This document shows positions 8,823-16,380 of a stretch of 24,000 bases of DNA, in pieces. The notes beneath the pieces were generated by a model, which was not told where the DNA came from, searched no databases, and saw only the letters and a program-made list of their open reading frames with translations. Source of the DNA: Planctomycetota bacterium (GTDB lineage Bacteria > Planctomycetota > UBA1135); NCBI GenBank assembly GCA_028821845.1, contig JAPKEZ010000015.1, positions 1 through 24,000 on the forward strand, written 5' to 3'. How positions within the stretch are numbered: position 1 is the stretch's first letter; each line of letters opens with the position of its first letter. Position numbers and translations under genes: made by a program.

Positions 8823-10640
8823 TTACTCGTCAAGATTAGCCTTATTAGCCCCTGATTCCAAGTCCGAAGACGGCAATGTTCCGCGCGATTTCAAGGCATA
8901 CTGCAAAATGTTAGCTGCCGCAGGACCGCAAACCTGAGAACCATAATAATGCGCCTTAGTACCGTGGGTACCGAAGGCCACTATCAGCACCAAGACTTCA
9001 GGCTCTTCAAGAGGACCGTAAGCAACGAATAGCGAGGTGTACTTGTCTTTGGCCGGTCCAGAGGTATGCTTCGAAGTACCTGATTTACCGCAGTAATTGA
9101 AATCGTCGCGATGCGGTAGCCACCTGCGGCTTTTGTACATAATCATGTCATGCATTGCATTGCGCACCTTTCCTGCTACACCTTCACTCATAACACGGCC
9201 GACCTCGATCGGCTCTTGCTCAAAATCCAGTTTAGCGCGCAGCAACTTACCACCATTTGCTATCGACGCTAATGCCATGGCATGGTCCATTATTGGTACT
9301 TCAATTTCTCGGCCAAACGACAAGGACGGAATTGTAAAAACCATTCCATCGGGCCCTTTTTTGCGCATGAAGGCTGCACGCTCTGGATACTTACCATCCT
9401 GAAACTGAAGGCTCAAACCCGGCAACTGCTTTGCCTTTTTGGCGTAACCGAAGTGAGGCAAGAAGTCTGCCATTTTTTCACGCCCTACTGCGCGGCCAAT
9501 TTGCGCCATAACAATATTCGATGAATGGACTATGGCATCAGAGTAATTCATAGCTTCGTTGCGGTACTGCGATGAGTTATGAATAACTCTACCAGGTAGG
9601 GAGTAAGCGCCACCCTTATTGCTAAACATTTGTTTCGCAGTGATGGACTTGTTTTCTAACGCCCAAGCTGCAATCAATGGCTTCATGGTCGATCCAGGAC
9701 TAATTCGCTCGAGACCGGGGAAGTTCCAACCATCATACACCTCGTTATTCTGCTTCTCATCGAACACAAGCTTCATGCTGTTTTCCGGGTCATTCAAATC
9801 GTAATCTGGCAATCCCTGCGCGCTCAAGATGTCCCCACTATTCACATCGACCACAATCGCAACACAATGCATTGGGTCATGGTCTTCCATTATCATCACC
9901 AATTGCTCGCGAACGAAACTAGAAATATTTAAATCTAGGGTAGTTCTAATTGACGCGCCTGGCACGGCATCATCTTTCCCAAGGGCAGGGTTTGTTCCGT
10001 GCCCAGGGCCTACCTTGAGTGCTGAACGTCCACCATCAGCCCCCGAGAGTTGCGAGTCCAATCCAGCCTCTAAGCCAAACCGTCCATGACGCTCTTCTCC
10101 ATCCTTCAACAGACCCACCAAGTGGCTCAAAACAGGCCCATTCGGACGAATACGCTTAAAAGACTGCACCAAATTCAAGCCGCTGTACCTCACAGCCTGC
10201 AAGGACTTTTTTATTCTCTCACGATCAAATGGAGCGATATTCGACAGCAATAATTGCGATGGCGATTCATTAACCATTACTGCTTGGTACAACTGCTCAA
10301 CTGACAAGCCAGTAGCTACGGCAACATCACTCAGCCGTTCACGAATATCTTTTTCAGTCCAGATTCCATCATCAAAATTGCTAATGACCGAGCGGTTCCG
10401 GGGAAAGAAGTTAACTACCAAATCCCAGCTGCCACGATCTTCAGCAAGCACTAACCCATGACGATCTAAAATCTGACCGCGCTCCGCCGGTATCACTCGA
10501 TCATATTGAACTTCGCTTAGACTAGTACCAGCAATCCCCTCGTCGACTAATACAAAAAAACTGTAAATGCTTAGCGAGTAAAAAACGGCCAAGATACTAA
10601 GTGGCCACAATGGTTTAAACGCTACTGCCTGTTTACTCAC
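8823..10640 (-). CDS. ftsI: Class B penicillin-binding protein / division transpeptidase FtsI
   Basis: 605-aa ORF. N-terminal TM anchor (LWPLSILAVFYSLSIYSFFVLV) and transpeptidase motifs SPGSTMKP (SxxK), HSSN (SxN) and GKSGTS (KTG-like). GTG start forming a GTGA overlap with the upstream small gene. dcw position. Confidence 0.87.
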   Translation of the reverse strand: MSKQAVAFKPLWPLSILAVFYSLSIYSFFVLVDEGIAGTSLSEVQYDRVIPAERGQILDRHGLVLAEDRGSWDLVVNFFPRNRSVISNFDDGIWTEKDIRERLSDVAVATGLSVEQLYQAVMVNESPSQLLLSNIAPFDRERIKKSLQAVRYSGLNLVQSFKRIRPNGPVLSHLVGLLKDGEERHGRFGLEAGLDSQLSGADGGRSALKVGPGHGTNPALGKDDAVPGASIRTTLDLNISSFVREQLVMIMEDHDPMHCVAIVVDVNSGDILSAQGLPDYDLNDPENSMKLVFDEKQNNEVYDGWNFPGLERISPGSTMKPLIAAWALENKSITAKQMFSNKGGAYSLPGRVIHNSSQYRNEAMNYSDAIVHSSNIVMAQIGRAVGREKMADFLPHFGYAKKAKQLPGLSLQFQDGKYPERAAFMRKKGPDGMVFTIPSLSFGREIEVPIMDHAMALASIANGGKLLRAKLDFEQEPIEVGRVMSEGVAGKVRNAMHDMIMYKSRRWLPHRDDFNYCGKSGTSKHTSGPAKDKYTSLFVAYGPLEEPEVLVLIVAFGTHGTKAHYYGSQVCGPAAANILQYALKSRGTLPSSDLESGANKANLDE

Positions 10641-10879
10641 GAGCGGTTATTATCGTAATCGGCGTTACGCTGCTCATCAAGCAAGCGCTTCATGTTCAAG
10701 GGTGATGTTATTTGATTAAACAGGCTTTCGTTGAAATCAATGCGCTGTTCGCAACGTTCGACGCAACGGCGGCTTTCCTCAATGCGTCCACGAGAGGCCA
10801 TAGCCTCGTTCTCCAAACCTAAGCCGAGTAGCATCTCAGCTACGATGGCTACCAACAGGATGAATGATGATTCGCTCAA
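10637..10879 (-). CDS. FtsL-like small bitopic membrane protein
   Basis: 80-aa ORF in the canonical ftsL slot between rsmH and ftsI. Apparent TTG start 2 nt after the rsmH stop, a single hydrophobic helix (FILLVAIVAEMLLGLGL) followed by a charged helical segment. Assigned by position and architecture only; no sequence motif recognised. Confidence 0.5.
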   Translation of the reverse strand: MSESSFILLVAIVAEMLLGLGLENEAMASRGRIEESRRCVERCEQRIDFNESLFNQITSPLNMKRLLDEQRNADYDNNRS

Positions 10880-10881
10880 AG

Positions 10882-11772
10882 TTAAATTGTTTCTTTAGAC
10901 AAAACGCGCAAGCGTGCGCTACGCGAACGGGTATTTGAGCACACTTCGGCACTGCAAGGCACAATACCTTTCTTATAGACATTCACGAAATCTGAACTTC
11001 GTGCTTCGTTACGAAATGAATTTTTTACTAATCTGTCCTCTAGAGAGTGAAAGCTAATTACGGCCAGTCGCCCGCCGTCAACCAACAGTCGCGGCGCGCA
11101 TTCAAGCAACACGGCTGCTTCATCTAATTCGCGATTTACCGCAATGCGTATGGCCTGAAAGGTGCGTGCAGCAGGATGATGGCCACCCATACCGCGGCTC
11201 ACAGTGCGTTCGACTAGGTCAGCGAGTTGCGTAGTGCGCAATAGTTGTCCAAAGCGACGTTGCTTGATAATCGCATGAGCTATCTTTCTTGCAAAGCGCT
11301 CTTCACCGTACTCGCGCAACCAACTCTCAATCTCATCTTCACTAGCCTCAGCCAACAAAGACGCTGCCGACGCTTTTTGCGTTGTGGAATCCATGCGCAT
11401 ATCTAATGGACCGTCCTGCATGAACGAAAAGCCACGATCACGGTCTTCGATTTGATCGGAAGAAACGCCAAGGTCAGCAAGAATGCCATCTACCTTGCCA
11501 TTTGCAAACTGCTCGACAACAGACTCTATTGACGAAAACGGGGCGTGAACGTAAATGACACGGTCGCCGTACGCTTGCAAGCGGTGTTTAGTGCGGGCGA
11601 TTGCCTGGGCATCACGATCAATGCCAATCACAATGTTATCGGGGTGAGCTTCTAATATTTTTTCGGTGTGCCCTCCACCACCGAGTGTTGCATCGACGAA
11701 AACGCCGCCACGCTCTGCGCGCAACCCTTTAACTGATTCATTTAACAGAACTGGAAGGTGGCGAGTTGACAT
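10882..11772 (-). CDS. rsmH: 16S rRNA (cytosine1402-N4)-methyltransferase RsmH (MraW)
   Basis: Motifs HLPVLLNE, DATLGGGGH, DLGVSSDQI and ISFHSLEDR. The ORF track extends to a GTG at 11817 (GTGA overlap with the mraZ stop). The ATG at 11772 (MSTRHLPVLL) matches the usual RsmH N-terminus better, and either start is possible. Confidence 0.9.
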   Translation of the reverse strand: MSTRHLPVLLNESVKGLRAERGGVFVDATLGGGGHTEKILEAHPDNIVIGIDRDAQAIARTKHRLQAYGDRVIYVHAPFSSIESVVEQFANGKVDGILADLGVSSDQIEDRDRGFSFMQDGPLDMRMDSTTQKASAASLLAEASEDEIESWLREYGEERFARKIAHAIIKQRRFGQLLRTTQLADLVERTVSRGMGGHHPAARTFQAIRIAVNRELDEAAVLLECAPRLLVDGGRLAVISFHSLEDRLVKNSFRNEARSSDFVNVYKKGIVPCSAEVCSNTRSRSARLRVLSKETI

Positions 11773-11813
11773 TAATTCACTTAGTTGTTTGCGGTATTGA
11801 CGGCATAATAAAA

Positions 11814-12290
11814 TCACGAGTTGTTCTCCGTTGGTTGGTAATCAGGACTAGTCATATCGCCAGTCGCGGAATTGAAGTAATCATCTGCCTCGACAAGACC
11901 ACTCTCATATTTATCGCGGCTCCATATTTCGAAATAGCTGAGCGCGCCAACGATCATTGCCTCGCCACTTAAATCGATGCGCGAACGCAACTCTTCTGGC
12001 AACAAAACTCGCCCCTGGGCGTCTACCTTCAACTTGCGCGAGTTAGCACCGAGCGAACGGCGCAGCTTCTTGGCACGCGAAGCATTCTTTTCATTACGCA
12101 AATTAGCCTCAATGTATTTCGCGAACTCACTTGCTGTATATATTTCTAAACAGCCATCTAGCGCGTTAATAACACACTCAAACGATTCACGCTCGTGAGA
12201 GTCATCAATGGCGTCCATGAACCCACGAGGAACAAACACACGACCCTTTTGGTCGATTTTATGTGCGAATTCTCCGTTGAAGTAAGACAT
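11814..12290 (-). CDS. mraZ: Transcriptional regulator MraZ
   Basis: 158-aa ORF with two SpoVT/AbrB-like halves, each carrying the DxxxR-type motif (IDQKGRVFVPRGF and VDAQGRVLLPEELR). First gene of the dcw cluster. Confidence 0.9.
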   Translation of the reverse strand: MSYFNGEFAHKIDQKGRVFVPRGFMDAIDDSHERESFECVINALDGCLEIYTASEFAKYIEANLRNEKNASRAKKLRRSLGANSRKLKVDAQGRVLLPEELRSRIDLSGEAMIVGALSYFEIWSRDKYESGLVEADDYFNSATGDMTSPDYQPTENNS

Positions 12291-12332
12291 TTATTTATGG
12301 TAAAAGAAGGTTGGGACGAACATAAACATTTT

Positions 12333-12393
12333 CCCCACATTCATGTTCTTTTTCCCCACATACATATCATAGTGCCCCACTCAAATAATGCAA
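12333..12393 (-). promoter_or_regulatory. Putative mraZ/dcw promoter with three GTGGGG direct repeats (candidate MraZ operator)
   Basis: The minus strand reads TTGCAT-N16-TATGAT (plus coordinates 12388..12393 and 12366..12371). CCCCAC on the plus strand occurs at 12333..12338, 12354..12359 and 12375..12380, which is exactly 21 bp apart. The two proximal boxes share a 12-nt core ATGTGGGGAAAA. One box lies in the promoter spacer and two lie downstream of the -10. Confidence 0.45.
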
Positions 12394-12422
12394 ATAAAAA
12401 AACCCAGAAAAATCCTGGGTTT
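12392..12422 (-). terminator. Rho-independent terminator candidate closing the der-containing operon
   Basis: 8-bp stem AAACCCAG (12400..12407) / CTGGGTTT (12415..12422) with a 7-nt loop. On the minus strand it is followed by a T-run (TTTTTTTTATTT), about 30 nt after the stop at 12453. The stem is only moderately GC-rich. Confidence 0.5.
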
Positions 12423-12452
12423 AGTTTTTATCGATTAGGCGGGGGTTTTAGC

Positions 12453-12953
12453 CTAAATTGGCGGTTCTTTCGTCGGGTCCACCAACTCTGTTAGCTGCCT
12501 ACTCAGCTCAGCACGCCTCTCATCGGTCATTTCGCGCGATTCAACAGCAAAAGTCTTCTTGGTGCGAGTTTTACGCAGCAACATTACTTCTTGCTGGCCC
12601 TTCACCTGAACACGCTCTAGGCGTAATTTTCTGTGCCTGACCAATAGCAGTGACAGCAAATAGCTTAGATCTTTTCGGTCATCACGCTGGTCGTCGAGCA
12701 ATTTCTCAAGCAACGCGAGCAACATGTCAAAATCTAGGCGCAAGGATTGGCGACTTTCATGTTGAGTTGTTCGCCAATAGACAACATCGGCGGCCTCGTC
12801 TCGGCTATCGAAACAGGCTCGGCACAAATCTGCGCGCTGCAAATCTCCATCGATCATGCGCAACAGAGAGAACACATCTTCACCATCGGTGAAGGAGTAA
12901 TCGCAATCGTCACATTGCTTATTGCGCTTTGAATATTGCCAGTCCTTTACCAT
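12453..12953 (-). CDS. Uncharacterised Cys4 zinc-ribbon protein with a helical, charged C-terminal half
   Basis: 166-aa ORF. CDDC...(28 aa)...CRAC arrangement near the N-terminus, then a Leu- and Arg-rich helical region (DLSYLLSLLLVRHRKLRLERV). The start abuts the stop of the upstream gene (12954). I do not recognise the family. Confidence 0.6.
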   Translation of the reverse strand: MVKDWQYSKRNKQCDDCDYSFTDGEDVFSLLRMIDGDLQRADLCRACFDSRDEAADVVYWRTTQHESRQSLRLDFDMLLALLEKLLDDQRDDRKDLSYLLSLLLVRHRKLRLERVQVKGQQEVMLLRKTRTKKTFAVESREMTDERRAELSRQLTELVDPTKEPPI

Positions 12954-13418
12954 TTAACTACCGCGCAAGAACAACTGCGAACTCAAGAATTGCATTAGAA
13001 CGCGTGATTGCCCTTGGTCATCGTTAACCGCTTCCCATTCAGCAGCGCTAGAGTCGAGAGTGTCGTCTCCTTCTATATTACGCTCGGAAATCACACGCGA
13101 GCGAACCGCAATCTTACCATCACTATCAGAGACCCTGAGAATTGCCTTATACCTCATACCTTTATTCCTAAACGGTTGCAAGCGAACTTCCCAGTCAGAA
13201 AAAACCGTGCCCCGCAAGGCATCGGTAGTACCCTTCGGGTACCCTGCCTGAGAAATAGCGTATTCGCAGGCTAACAGCAAATCGCGACGCGGCATAGTAC
13301 CTTCTAGAACGATTTGCTCCCAGCGGCCCTCGCTAGGATCGTCAATTGGCAACTCGGAAGCGCATGACCACGACAGCGAGCAGAGCAGAAGCAACACTAA
13401 TAATTTTTCTGTAATCAT
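12954..13418 (-). CDS. Exported protein of unknown function
   Basis: 154-aa ORF with an N-terminal signal-like segment KLLVLLLLCSLSWSCA|SE (SPase I-like SCA site; not a canonical lipobox). Starts 3 nt after the der stop. No family recognised. Confidence 0.6.
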   Translation of the reverse strand: MITEKLLVLLLLCSLSWSCASELPIDDPSEGRWEQIVLEGTMPRRDLLLACEYAISQAGYPKGTTDALRGTVFSDWEVRLQPFRNKGMRYKAILRVSDSDGKIAVRSRVISERNIEGDDTLDSSAAEWEAVNDDQGQSRVLMQFLSSQLFLRGS

Positions 13419-13421
13419 TTA

Positions 13422-14765
13422 TTAACCTTTTTTGGCAGCCGAACGCTTACGTTCGCGCAACACGAACCGCACCGGGACTTTAGTAATCTTAAACTTACGA
13501 CGAAACTCGTTCTGCAAAGCGCGCATTAGCTCTTTAGAGAACAAACGATTTTTATTCACAAACAACAAGAAGGTCGGGGGCAAAGTGTTCAGCTGTGTAG
13601 CATAATAGAAACGAGGACGCTCGCCACGTCCGCGAATGCGCATATTCTCGAAGACGCTTTGCATAGCACGGTTCAACACGCCTGTACCCAACTGCAGCTG
13701 CCCCTCTTCATATACAGTAAGAATGTCACGCATTACCCTGTCAATACCCTTTTTAGTCACATTAGACATCATTGCAATCGGCGCACCCTGCAGGTGCGGC
13801 AGCTTATGATCGATTATATCTCTGAATTGATCTATCGTAATATCAGGAACCAAGTCGTGCTTGGTACCAACCACAATAATCGCCTTGTAACGATCTTTAA
13901 TGGTACGCGCTAATTCTTTATCCATGCGCGCCACCGTTTGTGACATATCAACAAACAGTAAAGTGATATCAGAACGTTGAATAGCTTGATCACTGCGTGC
14001 CAAAGAATAATATTCTATTGATGAATTAACCTTGCCTTTGCGGTGAACACCAGCAGTATCGATTAGAGTAATCGCCGAGCCATTATAGTCGACACTAATA
14101 TCAACCGCATCACGAGTCGTGCCAGCGACATCAGAAACGATTACCCTGTTTTCTCCGGTCAGAGCGTTAACGAAAGATGACTTGCCGGTATTACGTCGCC
14201 CAAGAATCGCTACATTGATTGACTCCCTATCTTCGACGAGTTGCTCTTCTGGCAAAATCTCGGTCAATCTCTTGTACAAATCGCTGAAGCCCTGGCCTTC
14301 TTGCGCTGACACTGGTATTGGGTCGCCAAAACCAAATGATGCGAAATCACTCACCGCCATTTGCGCGGGACGCGTTTCACACTTATTAGCTACCATCACC
14401 ACTGGCACATCACTCTTGCGCAAATACTTTGCGACTTCTTCGTCGAGCAAAGTCACGCCTTCGCGCGCGTCAACTACAAACAACACCACGTCGGAAGCGG
14501 CTAAGCCGGTTACAATTTGATACTCGACGGAATCTTCGAGATTATGATTATCAACGATACCGATACCGCCAGTATCCATGATGTCGAAACCTAATTTATA
14601 GTCAGGAACACGCACCGGCAACACAAAGCGATCGCGCGTCACACCAGCGGTAGAATCAACAATCGCCCGTCGCTCGCCGACTACGCGATTAAACAGCGAC
14701 GACTTGCCAACATTAGGGCGCCCGATAATGGCCACTAAAGGCTTTTTGTTTTTAGGAGTAATCAT
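13422..14765 (-). CDS. der: Ribosome-assembly GTPase Der (EngA)
   Basis: 447-aa ORF with tandem GTPase domains (GRPNVGKSSLFN ... DTGG ... NKCE, and GRRNTGKSSFVN ... DTAG ... TKHD) and a basic KH-like C-terminus. Confidence 0.93.
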   Translation of the reverse strand: MITPKNKKPLVAIIGRPNVGKSSLFNRVVGERRAIVDSTAGVTRDRFVLPVRVPDYKLGFDIMDTGGIGIVDNHNLEDSVEYQIVTGLAASDVVLFVVDAREGVTLLDEEVAKYLRKSDVPVVMVANKCETRPAQMAVSDFASFGFGDPIPVSAQEGQGFSDLYKRLTEILPEEQLVEDRESINVAILGRRNTGKSSFVNALTGENRVIVSDVAGTTRDAVDISVDYNGSAITLIDTAGVHRKGKVNSSIEYYSLARSDQAIQRSDITLLFVDMSQTVARMDKELARTIKDRYKAIIVVGTKHDLVPDITIDQFRDIIDHKLPHLQGAPIAMMSNVTKKGIDRVMRDILTVYEEGQLQLGTGVLNRAMQSVFENMRIRGRGERPRFYYATQLNTLPPTFLLFVNKNRLFSKELMRALQNEFRRKFKITKVPVRFVLRERKRSAAKKG

Positions 14766-15517
14766 TACCTTGCATTAAGAAGCGGGTGCACCTGCGGAAG
14801 AACGCGGACATTTAGTTGACGAGCAATTCCCATTGTTAACCATTTTAACATCTGCTCGCTTGATGGAGGATCTGGAGACAAAGGCACTTTAGTTAGTGGC
14901 TGCAAATAAATCTGGGTCGCTGGCACCGTTTGCGCGACGAAATCATACATTTCAAGCACCTCAGCGGCGGTTGTTTGGCAGCTTAGTACCATCTTAAGTT
15001 GTGCGACTAACTTCTGCTGTGCGACTGCTTCAAGGCACTGCTGATGCTCGGCAAATAATTCGCCTGACATTAACGATGGGGTTTTCCAGTCAAGCGAGAT
15101 TACATCGAACTCAGAAGCGACCTCAGAGAACACTTTGGCATTGCTGCCGGAGGTTTCAAGCATTACGTCACCCGGCCAAAGTTTAGCTATTTCAACAGCA
15201 AACTCTGCTTGCTCAAGGACTTCGCCGCCAGTCAATGACAAACAAACTTTCTCGGCGCTTACAGGGTAGTCAGCCAACAAGTCCTCAAGAATATTAACAA
15301 CGCTATCTGCTGCAATTGGATTATCTATTAGCAACGTGCCGTCTGCAGAATGACATTCGAACTGCTCGCGCCTATTCCATGAACGCGGGGTGTCACAATA
15401 AATACAACGTAGCGGGCATCCGCCGAAACGGCAAAACAAATGTGGCAGGCCTATTTCCCCGCCTTCACCCTGGATACTAAAAAAAATTTCGTCGAGATGA
15501 CCTTTTAACATAATCAT
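14765..15517 (-). CDS. queE: Radical-SAM enzyme, 7-carboxy-7-deazaguanine synthase (QueE)-like
   Basis: 250-aa ORF. N-terminal [33 protein letters not shown] matches the QueE-type SIQGEG plus CxxxCxxC cluster-binding region. The stop overlaps the der start by 1 nt. Assignment within the radical-SAM superfamily is not verified. Confidence 0.65.
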   Translation of the reverse strand: MIMLKGHLDEIFFSIQGEGGEIGLPHLFCRFGGCPLRCIYCDTPRSWNRREQFECHSADGTLLIDNPIAADSVVNILEDLLADYPVSAEKVCLSLTGGEVLEQAEFAVEIAKLWPGDVMLETSGSNAKVFSEVASEFDVISLDWKTPSLMSGELFAEHQQCLEAVAQQKLVAQLKMVLSCQTTAAEVLEMYDFVAQTVPATQIYLQPLTKVPLSPDPPSSEQMLKWLTMGIARQLNVRVLPQVHPLLNAR

Positions 15518-15559
15518 CTCGACGTTATTAAATTGGGAAAATTCGAAAAGCTTGGTTGC

Positions 15560-15829
15560 TTAAACGAATTCAGCGTCTACGTCACGCTGTGCTGATGCTG
15601 CTTCTGCGTCGACAGCTGCTTCTTCCTCGCGAACCAACTTAGCTGCCTCTTTAAGCTGCTTTTTAGAAGCTGTTTTGAAAGCAGTGCGAACCTTGCGCAC
15701 GCCTATTGGGTTTTCGCCCTCTACGTAATCTCCGCTTTCGCCCAAGATCTCTAGGCGCTCACGACGAGTGTACACAGAGCGAGCGGTAGACAAACCGCTA
15801 CCAAGGTTTAGTGACTTATGAATTGACAT
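15560..15829 (-). CDS. Small basic protein with an acidic tail (resembles the small basic protein family annotated in Planctomycetes/Verrucomicrobia/Chlamydiae)
   Basis: I use the internal ATG (plus-strand cat at 15827..15829), giving MSIHKSLNLGSGLSTARSVYTRRERLEILGESGDYVEGENPIGVRKVRTAFK... (89 aa). It starts 4 nt after the upstream stop, whereas the longer 111-aa ORF would overlap that gene by 62 nt. The family call comes from memory of MSxxKSL...R.ER N-termini and is unverified. Confidence 0.55.
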   Translation of the reverse strand: MSIHKSLNLGSGLSTARSVYTRRERLEILGESGDYVEGENPIGVRKVRTAFKTASKKQLKEAAKLVREEEAAVDAEAASAQRDVDAEFV

Positions 15830-15833
15830 CGTT

Positions 15834-16331
15834 TTAATTCTTTGGAAGTAGCTTGATTCGCGCATCGCTAAATGGATTCGCGCCACCAAGGCCATCTAAG
15901 TTTAGTGCTTGCAGATTTGCAAGAGTCCCGCTGAGAGCTGCTTCAGACGGCTGGTCACCGACGAAAAGCTTATAATGTGACTCTTCTGAGCCGACACCTA
16001 TCTCTGCAAGAGTCACATTATAGCCCTGACTCTTGAGTTCTGTGCCCAACTTTCTGGCAAGCTCTAAATCTTCTGAATTGAACTCACGGGCTACCACACA
16101 ATAGTGGTAGTTATCGGCCTCTGCGACACCACCGGCAAACTTATATGAAAAGAAGAACACAACAACAGCAGCAAATATCAACACAACAACTTTAGCGCTT
16201 ATTTTTGGTCTAATAGCAGCGTTTGAAGGCACTACATCTATCTTCTGCTGTGAACCAGAGCCCTCCGTGGAACCTTCACGCGTCTCATTGTCGCGTAAAA
16301 TATCCAGTAAATGTCGTTTTTTGGGTGCCAT
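15834..16331 (-). CDS. Bitopic membrane protein with a C-terminal SPOR-like domain (FtsN/DedD-like architecture)
   Basis: 165-aa ORF. Charged N-terminus, one TM helix (VVVLIFAAVVVFFFSY), then YHYCVVAREFNSEDLELARKLGTELKSQGYNVTLAEIGVGSEESHYKLFVGDQPSEAALSGTLANLQAL. This fits the beta-alpha-beta-beta-alpha-beta SPOR pattern (xVQxGAFxxxxNAxxLxxxLxxxGY...YRVxVGPF). Confidence 0.6.
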   Translation of the reverse strand: MAPKKRHLLDILRDNETREGSTEGSGSQQKIDVVPSNAAIRPKISAKVVVLIFAAVVVFFFSYKFAGGVAEADNYHYCVVAREFNSEDLELARKLGTELKSQGYNVTLAEIGVGSEESHYKLFVGDQPSEAALSGTLANLQALNLDGLGGANPFSDARIKLLPKN

Positions 16332-16346
16332 TTGTTATGTTTAGGC

Positions 16347-16375
16347 ATAATAACGAGACTAAGATACAATCGCAA
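16347..16375 (-). promoter_or_regulatory. Candidate sigma70-type promoter for the SPOR/der operon
   Basis: The minus strand reads TTGCGA (16370..16375)-N17-TATTAT (16347..16352), 15 nt upstream of the ATG at 16331. It lies in a 49-bp divergent intergenic region. A TACAAT on the plus strand (16365..16370) could serve the divergent gene. Confidence 0.35.
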
Positions 16376-16380
16376 CAACA

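Noticed and set aside
12195-12494. 99-aa plus-strand ORF spanning the mraZ 5' end and the intergenic region, with a striking HFPHIHVLFPHIHIIVPH repeat.
   Set aside because: The peptide repeat is just the translation of the 21-bp-phased CCCCAC boxes. The ORF runs antisense across the mraZ start, the promoter and the terminator hairpin. The regulatory-DNA interpretation is far more economical.
772-15186. Many 60-133-aa plus-strand ORFs in the track lie inside the minus-strand dcw/der genes (for example 772..1011, 1141..1530, 5393..5794, 9097..9402, 14119..14520).
   Set aside because: They lie entirely antisense to long, motif-rich genes. Their translations are low-complexity (Ser/Arg/Ala/Cys-rich) with no recognisable motifs. 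They are typical shadow ORFs of coding regions on the opposite strand.
15830-15895. Longer 111-aa version of the small basic protein ORF (start at 15895).
   Set aside because: It would overlap the SPOR-protein gene by 62 nt and add a non-conserved-looking N-terminus (MALVARIHLAMRESSYFQRIKT). The internal ATG at 15829 sits 4 nt after the upstream stop and yields the MSIHKSL N-terminus expected for this protein type.
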